From positions 1 to 23,159 of the IMG/VR virus record IMGVR_UViG_3300013000_000010: a stretch of DNA of 23,159 bases; one strand, given 5' to 3'. This DNA comes from a virus. Within the stretch, counting starts at the first letter, position 1; every line of letters starts with the position of its first letter. Under the pieces are notes generated by a model. It was not told the origin of the DNA. It did not search any database and worked only from the letters and a program-made list of their open reading frames with translations. The translations under genes were made by a program, and so were the position numbers. Of this stretch, positions 7,547 through 15,608 are shown one piece after another.

Positions 7547-8018
7547 GGCCGTATTAGACATGTGCTGTGGCCCGCGCATGATGTGGTTCGATAAAGCCGA
7601 TCCCCGCGTGCTGTATTCCGATATCCGGGAAGAGACCCACCAGCTGCCCGACCGGGAGCTTGTCATTAGCCCGGACGTGATTGCCGACTTCCGATCCTTG
7701 CCATTCCCGGATAACTCTTTTTACGTGATTGCCTTTGACCCGCCGCACCTGGAGCGGGCAGGCGAAAAGGGGTGGCAACGGCTCAAGTATGGAGTGCTCA
7801 ATCGCGGGACCTGGCGCAATGATCTGCGTGCCGGTTTTACTGAGGCCTTCCGCGTGCTGCGCCCGAACGGCCTGCTGATTTTTAAATGGAATGAAACGCA
7901 GATCCGGGCGCGGGACATTCTGGCGCTGACTGACCAGAAACCCCTGTTTGGCCACATCAGCGGGAAGCGTGGTTTAACGCACTGGTTCACTTTTATGAAG
8001 GATGGGAATAAGCAGTGA
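7539..8018 (+). CDS. Small phage class I SAM-dependent methyltransferase (amino-MTase-like)
   Basis: Start re-assigned to ATG 7539 (MDKAVLDMCCG). Motif I LDMCCG, DFR.LPF.D.SF, motif IV-like FDPPH, and EAFRVLRPNG.LIFKWNE. Confidence 0.85.
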   Translation: MDKAVLDMCCGPRMMWFDKADPRVLYSDIREETHQLPDRELVISPDVIADFRSLPFPDNSFYVIAFDPPHLERAGEKGWQRLKYGVLNRGTWRNDLRAGFTEAFRVLRPNGLLIFKWNETQIRARDILALTDQKPLFGHISGKRGLTHWFTFMKDGNKQ

Positions 8019-8662
8019 AACAACGGCCAATTTTCTTCAATGGCGACATGGTTCGCGCCGTTATAGACGGCAGAAAGACGCAGACACGACGGATTATGCG
8101 GGTACAGCCAGAGTCAGCTGAGTTTGAACCTCGCTTTATTATTGATTCAACGAAGCGCAGCGAAATTGATAATTGGTGCTGGGCCGAGCCGGGTGTGTTC
8201 GTCAATCCCCGTCGCTCTGCGTTGTTTCCTTGCCCATTCGGAGTGGTAGGTGATCGCTTATGGGTGCGTGAGACGCATTCAATCCGGGTTGAGCCATCGG
8301 AACATACACCTGGAGTTGCCTGGTATCGCGAAAGTGACATTGGGCGTCGCTGGGAAGGTCAACTTCGTTGGCGTCCATCAATCCACATGCCGCGCTGGGC
8401 TTCCCGCATAACGCTGGAGATTACCGGCGTTCGTGTGGAGCGGCTGCAGGCTATCAGTGAAGAGGATGCAAAGGCTGAGGGCGTTCCACCAGCTGGCGGT
8501 TTACTACCTGATTACCCTGGCACTTACCTGACGCCAAAAGGCGATTTCGCTACCGCTGAGGTGGCATTCCAGCGACTGTGGCAATCCATTTACGGCACTG
8601 ACAGCTGGCTGGCTAACCCGTGGGTGTGGGTAATTGAGTTTAAGCGCGTGGTAGAGGATTGA
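8015..8662 (+). CDS. Conserved phage protein, ASCH/PUA-like
   Basis: RPIFFN..MVRAV.DGRKTQTRR, CPFG..GDRLWVRET, WRPSIHMPRWASRI.LEIT.VRVERLQ.I and NPWVWVIEF. Confidence 0.75.
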   Translation: MKQRPIFFNGDMVRAVIDGRKTQTRRIMRVQPESAEFEPRFIIDSTKRSEIDNWCWAEPGVFVNPRRSALFPCPFGVVGDRLWVRETHSIRVEPSEHTPGVAWYRESDIGRRWEGQLRWRPSIHMPRWASRITLEITGVRVERLQAISEEDAKAEGVPPAGGLLPDYPGTYLTPKGDFATAEVAFQRLWQSIYGTDSWLANPWVWVIEFKRVVED

Positions 8663-8860
8663 ATGGCAATTTTTGGTGAGATCGTTTTGTTCTGTTTCGG
8701 GCTATTTCTATTAGTTTTGAGCGTCGGTAACTTTTGGGTAGCCATTTCTTTTAGTGGACGAACCTCATATTTAAGCATTGTAGCTGCTGGCTGTAGCTCT
8801 CTTATTCTCTGGCTTGCTATCCACTACGGGCCTATCTCAGTCTCAGTCAATGCAGGGTGA
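8663..8860 (+). CDS. Small membrane protein with two transmembrane segments
   Basis: 65 aa with two hydrophobic stretches. AT-rich, with RBS GAGGA, abutting the previous stop. Confidence 0.6.
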   Translation: MAIFGEIVLFCFGLFLLVLSVGNFWVAISFSGRTSYLSIVAAGCSSLILWLAIHYGPISVSVNAG

Positions 8861-8864
8861 TTAA

Positions 8865-9209
8865 GTGAGCAAACTAAACCTGTCGGTTTTGCTGAAAGTC
8901 AGCGTTAGCGCGGACGACGTGATCAAAGCCATTGCTGGTAAAAGCGATGACGTTCATCCGGATAACAGCACAGCCATTTGTCGCCTTTATGACGACCTGA
9001 ATGATCGCCATGCTCCACCAGCCATCGTCAAGGCTATGGCTGACGAGTTAATCAATTTGCGGCAGCTAAACCGCATACGTCAGGCGCAACGTATTATCGA
9101 CCGCCGCCGCTTTGTGGATTCAGCAGATACCTCGCAAATAACGTTGGAGCATAAAACAGCGCCGTCGCAACCACCGCTCACAAAGGAGAAGAGTCATGGA
9201 CCTGCGTAA
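8865..9209 (+). CDS. Hypothetical phage protein (Ead/Ea22-like segment)
   Basis: PPAIVKAMADELINLR resembles the P..V..L.DEL helix of Ead/Ea22-like proteins. In operon. Confidence 0.55.
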   Translation: MSKLNLSVLLKVSVSADDVIKAIAGKSDDVHPDNSTAICRLYDDLNDRHAPPAIVKAMADELINLRQLNRIRQAQRIIDRRRFVDSADTSQITLEHKTAPSQPPLTKEKSHGPA

Positions 9210-9549
9210 ATTCTTTCGCCTCAAAGCGCCCTGCGCTAACTGTCCATTCCTGAAAGCTGGTGGTATCAAGCTGAATCCCGGACGCCTTGAGGGCATCAAA
9301 GCGCACTTGCTGCGAGACGACTACTCATCGTTCTACTGCCACAAAACGACGCACCATACTGGCGAGGAAGAGGACGAAGACGGCGGGGTTTACAGCCCGT
9401 CCGGGAAAGAAGCGCACTGCGCCGGCGCTGTGGCGTTTTTGCTGTCCCGCGGCCGTCATAACATCGCTATGCGCCTGGCATTCATAGAAGGGCATACCGT
9501 GCCTGCAGACTTTGAGCCCGCAATAAACATGATCGCCACTGAGAGCTGA
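9196..9549 (+). CDS. Hypothetical Cys/His-rich (probable metal-binding) protein
   Basis: PCANCPF...FYCHKT...HCAGA motifs. RBS AAGGAG. Confidence 0.7.
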   Translation: MDLRKFFRLKAPCANCPFLKAGGIKLNPGRLEGIKAHLLRDDYSSFYCHKTTHHTGEEEDEDGGVYSPSGKEAHCAGAVAFLLSRGRHNIAMRLAFIEGHTVPADFEPAINMIATES

Positions 9550-9559
9550 GGAAAGCGCA

Positions 9560-9859
9560 ATGATCAACGATCGCGTGACGGATAAAGAGCTGGAAATGTT
9601 CGCCGCTGAACCGCAGAACAACCTGGTATTTGCGCCCAATCATGCGCTGGCGCAGATGATGGCCAGAGAGCTGCTGGCGCTACGCCGCTCCGGTTCGGAG
9701 CTGGTGGAGGTGGCAATGGCAGGGCTGGAGTATATCGACGCAATCCCGACTGATATCGCTGGTGCATTTGACACTATGCCGGGTTTCGATCGTGACTGGG
9801 CCGAAGAGACGATTAGTGAGGTGAAACAGCTGGTGCTGACTGGTAAACCGCGAGAGTGA
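9560..9859 (+). CDS. Hypothetical phage protein (Eaa-like N-terminus)
   Basis: VTDKELE...MARELLALR and MPGFDRDWAE motifs. RBS GAGGA. Confidence 0.65.
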   Translation: MINDRVTDKELEMFAAEPQNNLVFAPNHALAQMMARELLALRRSGSELVEVAMAGLEYIDAIPTDIAGAFDTMPGFDRDWAEETISEVKQLVLTGKPRE

Positions 9860-9860
9860 T

Positions 9861-9909
9861 AGCAAATTAATTTGCTTGTATTGACAAGCAAAATCACCAC
9901 CTGTATATT
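9861..9909 (+). promoter_or_regulatory. Strong sigma70 promoter with palindromic operator(s)
   Basis: TTGACA (9881-9886), 17-nt spacer, TATATT (9904-9909). Perfect inverted repeat TTTGCTTGT-ATTG-ACAAGCAAA (9871-9892) over the -35, and palindrome AGCAAATTAATTTGCT (9861-9876). Confidence 0.85.
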
Positions 9910-9974
9910 TCACCTCATGGCGCTGCTTTAGCGCCACCGCCCTGGCGGCTCCAGGCAATAAGGACCTCCCCACA

Positions 9975-10931
9975 ATGAAACCGATGCTGAAAGCGACCTT
10001 TTTCTCTCTCGTTAATGATCTGCTGGCCCGTGATATCCAACCTTCACTGAATACCTCTACTTTGACCAGCTACGGCTCAATCACATGGACCGATGGCGAC
10101 AGAATCCATGTTGAAGAGCTGTATTCGGTGCGTGATTGTAGCCCTCTTACCGCCAGCGTATTTCGTAAGCGCTTTAAGGCATGGTTTGAAGAAATTGTGA
10201 GCAAACACAAAGAGCAGACCACAGCTGCACCGCAATCTGTTGCTTCCGCCCCAGCCCATAGCGAAATGACTGCGACCGCTGCGCTTCAGCACATGTCTTA
10301 CACCCTGACCGGTGCAATCAAACAGAGCCAGCAGCCTGGCTTTATCACGGCGGAAGCCTATGCGGATATCAAAACCAATTACGAGCTGGTGGCCACCAGC
10401 TGCACCGACCTGGCGACCGTTGTCTGGCTGCGTAATCACCTCTGTTTTGGCTACAGTGGCGATGAACACACGTTTGAAGAGATTAACCTGGGCTACCGCG
10501 ATCACATCGACTTCATCCTTAAATCAGGCTGGCGTCCGGGTACTGCACCGTCGCACCGGATGGTGCTCAGCAATATGTTTGAGCTGGACTGGTGGGACCC
10601 TCAGCAGATCGTGATCACATCACATACTGCGGATACCGTTACCGGCACGGCCACCATGACAGACACCGAAGGCGAATATCAGTTCGCGTTTGAGTGGAAC
10701 ATGGTCATGGGCGAAAAGGCCGAACAGTATAACCTGCCGTTTATGGTGTACATCACGGCGGCCCGGTTTACCCTGCCGTATGAGTTCTCACTGTTTGAAT
10801 ATGATGGAAGCCCGCTTGATGCGCTGACGGCGTTACAGGAAATGGATTGCACGCTGGGATTCTGTAATGAGTATTTCACTGACGTCTATCAACAATACAC
10901 CCCGACAGAAGGGGTAACTAATCGAGGCTAA
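9975..10931 (+). CDS. Hypothetical multi-domain protein with acidic C-terminal part
   Basis: 318-aa ORF with RBS TAAGGA and an Ala/Pro/Thr linker near residues 80-100. No family recognised. Confidence 0.75.
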   Translation: MKPMLKATFFSLVNDLLARDIQPSLNTSTLTSYGSITWTDGDRIHVEELYSVRDCSPLTASVFRKRFKAWFEEIVSKHKEQTTAAPQSVASAPAHSEMTATAALQHMSYTLTGAIKQSQQPGFITAEAYADIKTNYELVATSCTDLATVVWLRNHLCFGYSGDEHTFEEINLGYRDHIDFILKSGWRPGTAPSHRMVLSNMFELDWWDPQQIVITSHTADTVTGTATMTDTEGEYQFAFEWNMVMGEKAEQYNLPFMVYITAARFTLPYEFSLFEYDGSPLDALTALQEMDCTLGFCNEYFTDVYQQYTPTEGVTNRG

Positions 10932-10933
10932 TC

Positions 10934-11158
10934 ATGACCGATAAAGCACGCGATCCACGGGCTTTAAATTCAGTTAAGGGAGCCGCCCCAGCGACGGCTC
11001 AGATTCAGATGCGCGTCAGTCCCGAAGTTAAGAACCGGTACGTCGCGCAGGCGCAGCGGGAAGGGATGAAGCTGTCAGAATGGATACAGCATCACCTCGA
11101 CGCTGTATGCCTGTCGGCGGACGAAGCAAAGCAACAGGATAAGAACACCAGTGATTAA
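10934..11158 (+). CDS. Ribbon-helix-helix DNA-binding protein (probable autorepressor)
   Basis: AQIQMRVSPEVKNRYVAQAQREGMKLSEWIQHHLD matches the RHH pattern (alternating beta strand, helix, G.+LSEWI helix). Confidence 0.75.
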   Translation: MTDKARDPRALNSVKGAAPATAQIQMRVSPEVKNRYVAQAQREGMKLSEWIQHHLDAVCLSADEAKQQDKNTSD

Positions 11159-11459
11159 ACAGGAAATCAGGGCGCTGTTTCTGGCGCACGGCTTCAAAAT
11201 GGAGCAGCAGCCTGATGGCAGTACCGATTTAAACCCTGCCTGCTACAGCGTAGCCCAGGCGCTTGCAGAGCAGTTTGGCGAAATTTATGGACAACCGGCT
11301 GGGAATGTTGAAATCGCCGCTTGTGGTGGCGCAGAGGCGCGCACTATGGCGCTGTTTCACGATAAGGCGGCAAGCATTGAGTTTCCGACCTACATCATGC
11401 GCAAGCCGTCGAAAACCCCCGTGCTGGCCACCAGCAAAAATCCGGCATCTGGGCGCTGA
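11151..11459 (+). CDS. Hypothetical phage protein
   Basis: IRALFLAHGFK..QQPDGS.DLNP..Y motif. Overlaps its neighbours. Confidence 0.65.
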   Translation: MIKQEIRALFLAHGFKMEQQPDGSTDLNPACYSVAQALAEQFGEIYGQPAGNVEIAACGGAEARTMALFHDKAASIEFPTYIMRKPSKTPVLATSKNPASGR

Positions 11460-11821
11460 TGGACGACAGGCTAAGTAAATACGGCTGGCTCTCATTCGAT
11501 GGCTGGCCGGACAGTGAGGTTCACGACTATCTCACCACGAAATGCGGCATCATCCATGCCCGCAAATTGCCGGACGGCAGCTGGACAGGACTTCTGCGTC
11601 TTCTGTATACGCTCAGCGTCTGCATGGGGATCACGCCAACGGACGTGTATCAGTATCGCTGGTGCTTCGAAGACCCGGAAGAGGCGGTGTATCTCTACAA
11701 AAACGCCGTGGAAGTAGACGAGATACCGGAGCGCCGGGAGTCGCTGGTGGGCCACCGGCACACGACCGGGATCCCGCTCTATGTTGAGTTCGACCAGCTG
11801 GGCCTGCCAAAGTGGCGTTAA
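11459..11821 (+). CDS. Hypothetical phage protein
   Basis: 120 aa, TGATG-coupled, with a YQYRWCFE motif. Confidence 0.65.
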   Translation: MDDRLSKYGWLSFDGWPDSEVHDYLTTKCGIIHARKLPDGSWTGLLRLLYTLSVCMGITPTDVYQYRWCFEDPEEAVYLYKNAVEVDEIPERRESLVGHRHTTGIPLYVEFDQLGLPKWR

Positions 11822-11896
11822 CACTTCTCACTGACTGACCACCAGCTATCCGGTTGGTGGCCGGTTATCATTTCAAGCAATTCAGAACGGCAGAAA

Positions 11897-12340
11897 ATGG
11901 AAATCAGGATTAAATGCCCGCACTGCGGATCGGGAAGCGTCAAGAGCAGTAGGGCGGTCTATGAGCAGGGAACCTCAAACACGCGCAGCGTCAGCCATAC
12001 GGGATGGATATCAAATCGCGGTTCGGGCGGCAGCAGGCGGCAGGGCAAATCAACACGTCAGTCGGTTGCTGCTTCGCGTAATGCGCCAGTCGGCCGAAAA
12101 CTGGAGGTGCTTACGTTTGTTGCCACGTTCCCCCTGTCTGCCTGGCTGATACTCAATATACCGGCGACTACAGTACTGGGATCGGTAATTGCTGGAGCAA
12201 TCGTCGCATTGCTGATAACCGCGCTGGTGGCTCACCTCAACCGGCATAACCGCCGCAGGGCGCGTGAGAACTACAACAGGCAGTGGTATTGCAGTAAATG
12301 CGGCGACACGTTTTTACGCGATAACGTTGCCAGCGCTTAA
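11897..12340 (+). CDS. Membrane protein with two transmembrane segments and a split zinc ribbon
   Basis: N-terminal CPHCGS and C-terminal WYCSKCG flank two hydrophobic helices. Confidence 0.7.
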   Translation: MEIRIKCPHCGSGSVKSSRAVYEQGTSNTRSVSHTGWISNRGSGGSRRQGKSTRQSVAASRNAPVGRKLEVLTFVATFPLSAWLILNIPATTVLGSVIAGAIVALLITALVAHLNRHNRRRARENYNRQWYCSKCGDTFLRDNVASA

Positions 12341-12518
12341 TCTGACGCGGCTGGTGGATAAGCTGGTAATTTCGGACAGTACCGGGGCCACCAGCCCGGA
12401 GGAATAACAGATCCAGTTAAAGCAGACGTTCACCGCGCCTGCCTGGTGGTTGCCCTCAGCTGCCAGCATCCCTAGAATGCGCCTCTTTACAATATCTTGA
12501 CGATTTTAAAACGGACTT

Positions 12519-13595
12519 ATGACACAACAACTCAAATCTATTCAGGCGCTGCGTGGGCTTGCCTGCCTCGCCGTCGTTACCTTTCATTTCCGCTACCAGA
12601 TACAGGAGCAGTACCCGGCATTAGCCAATCTGCTTTCAACCGGTGTTGTTGGTGTGGATCTGTTTTTCATCCTCAGTGGCTTTGTTATCACACTCTCTGT
12701 ATCGCGCATGGGTACTGGATTCGCTGCAGCAGGCGACTTTCTGAAGCGCCGTGCGCTACGCCTGCTGCCCGCCTACTTCATTCTGCTGCTGATCAACTTT
12801 TTCTTGAGCGGTGGAATGGCGACGTTTCACTATGCTGAAAAGACGCAGGCGGTGATTAGTGCGGCGACGCTATCCGTTTATCTGCCGCAGCACGCGCCGT
12901 TTTACGTGGACGACTACGGGTTTATGGGCGTGCGTTGGACGCTTAATTACGAGTTTCTGTTTTACCTGATGATGGCTGTCTGCCTGCTGGTGCGCGCACG
13001 CTGGCTGGCGCTGGCCGCAATGCTGGGCGCGGTGCTGGTGGCAGTGCCGATGGCAGCAGGCCACCATCCGACGCTGCAGGTGAGCGGATATGATATGGGT
13101 TACGCCTACCTGAACCTAATGACGAACCCGATTATCTGGCAGTTCGCTGCAGGCGTGCTGATTGGTCTGGTTTACCCGCACATGGCGCGTCTGCCGGTTG
13201 CCATGCGGGTGCCGTTCCTGCTGGCTGCAGTTGCCCTGTTTGTGCAGCACATTATCAGCCACCAGAATATAGGGCATGGCATGATGGCGTCCGGTACCGT
13301 ACTGGCACTGCTGCTGGCCGCTGTGGCATTCAACGACAGCTGGTTAGGGCGCATCACGCCGCGCTGGCTGGTATTCCTGGGAGATATTTCATTCTCTGTG
13401 TATCTGATCCATATCGTGACCAAAGCGCGGTTAGCCAAAGCATTCACGGACCAGGGCATGACGTTCTTCGTGTGTAACGTCCTGCTGGCGCTGCTGCTGG
13501 GCTGGCTCAGCTACCGCTATATTGAGCCAATCGGACAGAAGATTGCGCGCCGACGCAGAGAGAAAGCGCTCCGTACCGCAGGCAACGACGCATAG
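12519..13595 (+). CDS. Acyltransferase family 3 (OafA/YrhL-like membrane O-acyltransferase)
   Basis: IQALRGLA...V..FH, GVDLFFILSGFVI, RR.LRLLPAY, WTL.YEFLFY, LGDISFSVYLIH and SYRYIE. About 10 hydrophobic segments. Confidence 0.92.
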   Translation: MTQQLKSIQALRGLACLAVVTFHFRYQIQEQYPALANLLSTGVVGVDLFFILSGFVITLSVSRMGTGFAAAGDFLKRRALRLLPAYFILLLINFFLSGGMATFHYAEKTQAVISAATLSVYLPQHAPFYVDDYGFMGVRWTLNYEFLFYLMMAVCLLVRARWLALAAMLGAVLVAVPMAAGHHPTLQVSGYDMGYAYLNLMTNPIIWQFAAGVLIGLVYPHMARLPVAMRVPFLLAAVALFVQHIISHQNIGHGMMASGTVLALLLAAVAFNDSWLGRITPRWLVFLGDISFSVYLIHIVTKARLAKAFTDQGMTFFVCNVLLALLLGWLSYRYIEPIGQKIARRRREKALRTAGNDA

Positions 13596-13609
13596 CCCGC
13601 AATACTAAC

Positions 13610-13631
13610 AGCCCGCATCACGCGGGCTTTT
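13610..13631 (+). terminator. Intrinsic terminator
   Basis: AGCCCGC-ATCAC-GCGGGCT-TTT after the acyltransferase stop. Confidence 0.7.
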
Positions 13632-13695
13632 AATTGCCTTTCCAATATCACAAACCGTTTATCCTGGCCGTCACACTGACTCAGAGGCCACCAGC

Positions 13696-14154
13696 ATGAC
13701 CACACCAACCGACTTAAACAGCATTGCCAACGATGCGGCCGCATTGCCCGACACGTTCAACGCCGGCGAATTAACATTAATCGCCGGCGCAGCAATTTCT
13801 CTGCCGATCGCCCCGATGCCGCTGGTGGTAACTTTCTGCGCAACAGACGGCACGCGGGCGCAGCTTACAGTGAATAAGGGCAGGGTGACGTTTGAAGGCG
13901 ATCCCGACGCTGCAGCGGAAATGTTTATCGAGGCGGTGACGCGAAAGCACGCGCAGCAGTGGAGCGCGCAGCAGGCGCAGCTGGAGGAAGCGGAAGCCCA
14001 GCTGACGGCGTACTCACACCACAATGGTCTGATGATGCTCTCACAGCGGCTGGTGGACGCGGAGAAGGAGCGCGACACATTGCAAATGGAGGTTGATCGG
14101 CTGCGGGAAAGCGGAGGCGTTCACTGTAATCAGTGCTTAAACTGTAGTAATTAA
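13696..14154 (+). CDS. Hypothetical protein with C-terminal coiled coil and Cys motif
   Basis: 152 aa, RBS GAGG, heptad-rich Q/E/L tail ending CNQCLNC. Confidence 0.65.
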   Translation: MTTPTDLNSIANDAAALPDTFNAGELTLIAGAAISLPIAPMPLVVTFCATDGTRAQLTVNKGRVTFEGDPDAAAEMFIEAVTRKHAQQWSAQQAQLEEAEAQLTAYSHHNGLMMLSQRLVDAEKERDTLQMEVDRLRESGGVHCNQCLNCSN

Positions 14155-14173
14155 CAGGCGGCTACTGACAGAC

Positions 14174-14203
14174 ATAATAAACCCGCCGAAGCGGGTTTAT
14201 TAT
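14174..14203. terminator. Bidirectional terminator between convergent genes
   Basis: Perfect 13-bp stem ATAATAAACCCGC-CGAA-GCGGGTTTATTAT. Confidence 0.85.
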
Positions 14204-14928
14204 CGTGATACTACTAAAACTATATGGCTGCAGCTTCTTATCTCAAATTTATATCGCACCCAGCGCGTCAATTGGAATTGATGCGGCTGGACTGCATTTA
14301 GATCCCACGGAATAAAACCGTTAACGCCAATACCCTTGTCGCCAAGTTCCTGAATGTACTGCTGCCTGGCACAATCATAAATGTCTACCCTACCTACTAC
14401 GTTCCGAATCGTTCCAGCCCACAAAGCAGCACCATACTCAGTCTGAGCATTATCGCAGACCAGAAGCCCATGAATCAGAACCAACTGGCGATAGATTTGG
14501 CCTGCTAAACCGGCACCCGCTCTCTGAGGTGCTACATAAGCGCCGCGGATCTGTATGCCTGATACCGGCTGCTGGTTTGGGTCCAGTATTTGGATAGGGT
14601 CATACGCGAATCGTGCAACCACAACGTGTGGTTGTACAACTTCCATTTCAAGTTGGATGATCTGGCGTACTACTTCTTCTTCACTTTCATCATTCTCACG
14701 TAACCTATCAATTTCATATTCGATAAAGTCCGGCGAGTGAAATGCAAGTTGATGTACTTCCGCAACGTAGCCGTACTCTGCACCTACATAAGCCTTCTCA
14801 ACAATACGATAAATAGTCGTATCATCAGGAATAATGAAATCATGAGTTATACAATGAGAAACCCCGTCAAATGACGGGGCTTTAGATAAATCCTTAGCGT
14901 AGTTTCCGCTATTTACAGTAGGTGCCAT
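14200..14928 (-). CDS. Putative GNAT-fold acetyltransferase-like protein
   Basis: IRGAYVAPQRAGAGLAGQIYRQL matches the GNAT motif A (V.P..R/Q..G.A), followed by QT..GAALW. AT-rich. Confidence 0.65.
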   Translation of the reverse strand: MAPTVNSGNYAKDLSKAPSFDGVSHCITHDFIIPDDTTIYRIVEKAYVGAEYGYVAEVHQLAFHSPDFIEYEIDRLRENDESEEEVVRQIIQLEMEVVQPHVVVARFAYDPIQILDPNQQPVSGIQIRGAYVAPQRAGAGLAGQIYRQLVLIHGLLVCDNAQTEYGAALWAGTIRNVVGRVDIYDCARQQYIQELGDKGIGVNGFIPWDLNAVQPHQFQLTRWVRYKFEIRSCSHIVLVVSR

Positions 14929-15332
14929 TCCTTTACGCCATCCCGATTCATATCAGTGCTAACGAGAACTTTGGTACTGAACTTATCTTTCATGAAGTGA
15001 GCAATTGACTTCTCAATCATGTGAAGTATTTCTTCGTTGATTCGCAGGTTTGGATACTGTTTTTTTGGCTTCACAGTAAAGCGAACCTTGTTGTCGCGAA
15101 TGGCCAGTTCAGCAAGAGGCTTAACTACCTCTGTGTCCTGAGCACGCATAACATCGCTTAACAGGGTTACGATGAAATGCTGAGATTCTTTGTGGGTACG
15201 GCTAAGCATGCTGCGCACCTGAACAGTGTCAGCCAGTAGTGAGCGTGATTCAATCGTGTCAAAAACACGAGTGTTATCATTAATTGTGTGAATTGAACGT
15301 TCGCTTTTCGCTCTTGCTTCGCTATGTAACAT
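14913..15332 (-). CDS. Hypothetical protein co-transcribed with the GNAT-like gene
   Basis: 139 aa, RBS AAGGTGGA, overlaps the downstream start by 16 nt. Confidence 0.7.
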   Translation of the reverse strand: MLHSEARAKSERSIHTINDNTRVFDTIESRSLLADTVQVRSMLSRTHKESQHFIVTLLSDVMRAQDTEVVKPLAELAIRDNKVRFTVKPKKQYPNLRINEEILHMIEKSIAHFMKDKFSTKVLVSTDMNRDGVKEWHLL

Positions 15333-15608
15333 TTTTCCACCTTAGCCGGGATACGTGTATCACCAGGCAGCTCGTTTATGTGAGCCAATCAAGTCGGTTG
15401 TCGACATTCGACAACGGTCCACTAAATCTACGTAACAGTAGTAGATTTGGCAAAGCTAAAAGTGCTAAATCCCCTTTAAACACTGGGAAAATACCGTTTT
15501 CGGACTGTTGCAAGTCACTGCTGAAAGTTGGTCATTGGTTGACCACCAGCAGAAAAAAAAGCTCTGATTAAGAGGGCTTCGTTGTCGTAATAACGACCAA
15601 AAATCATA

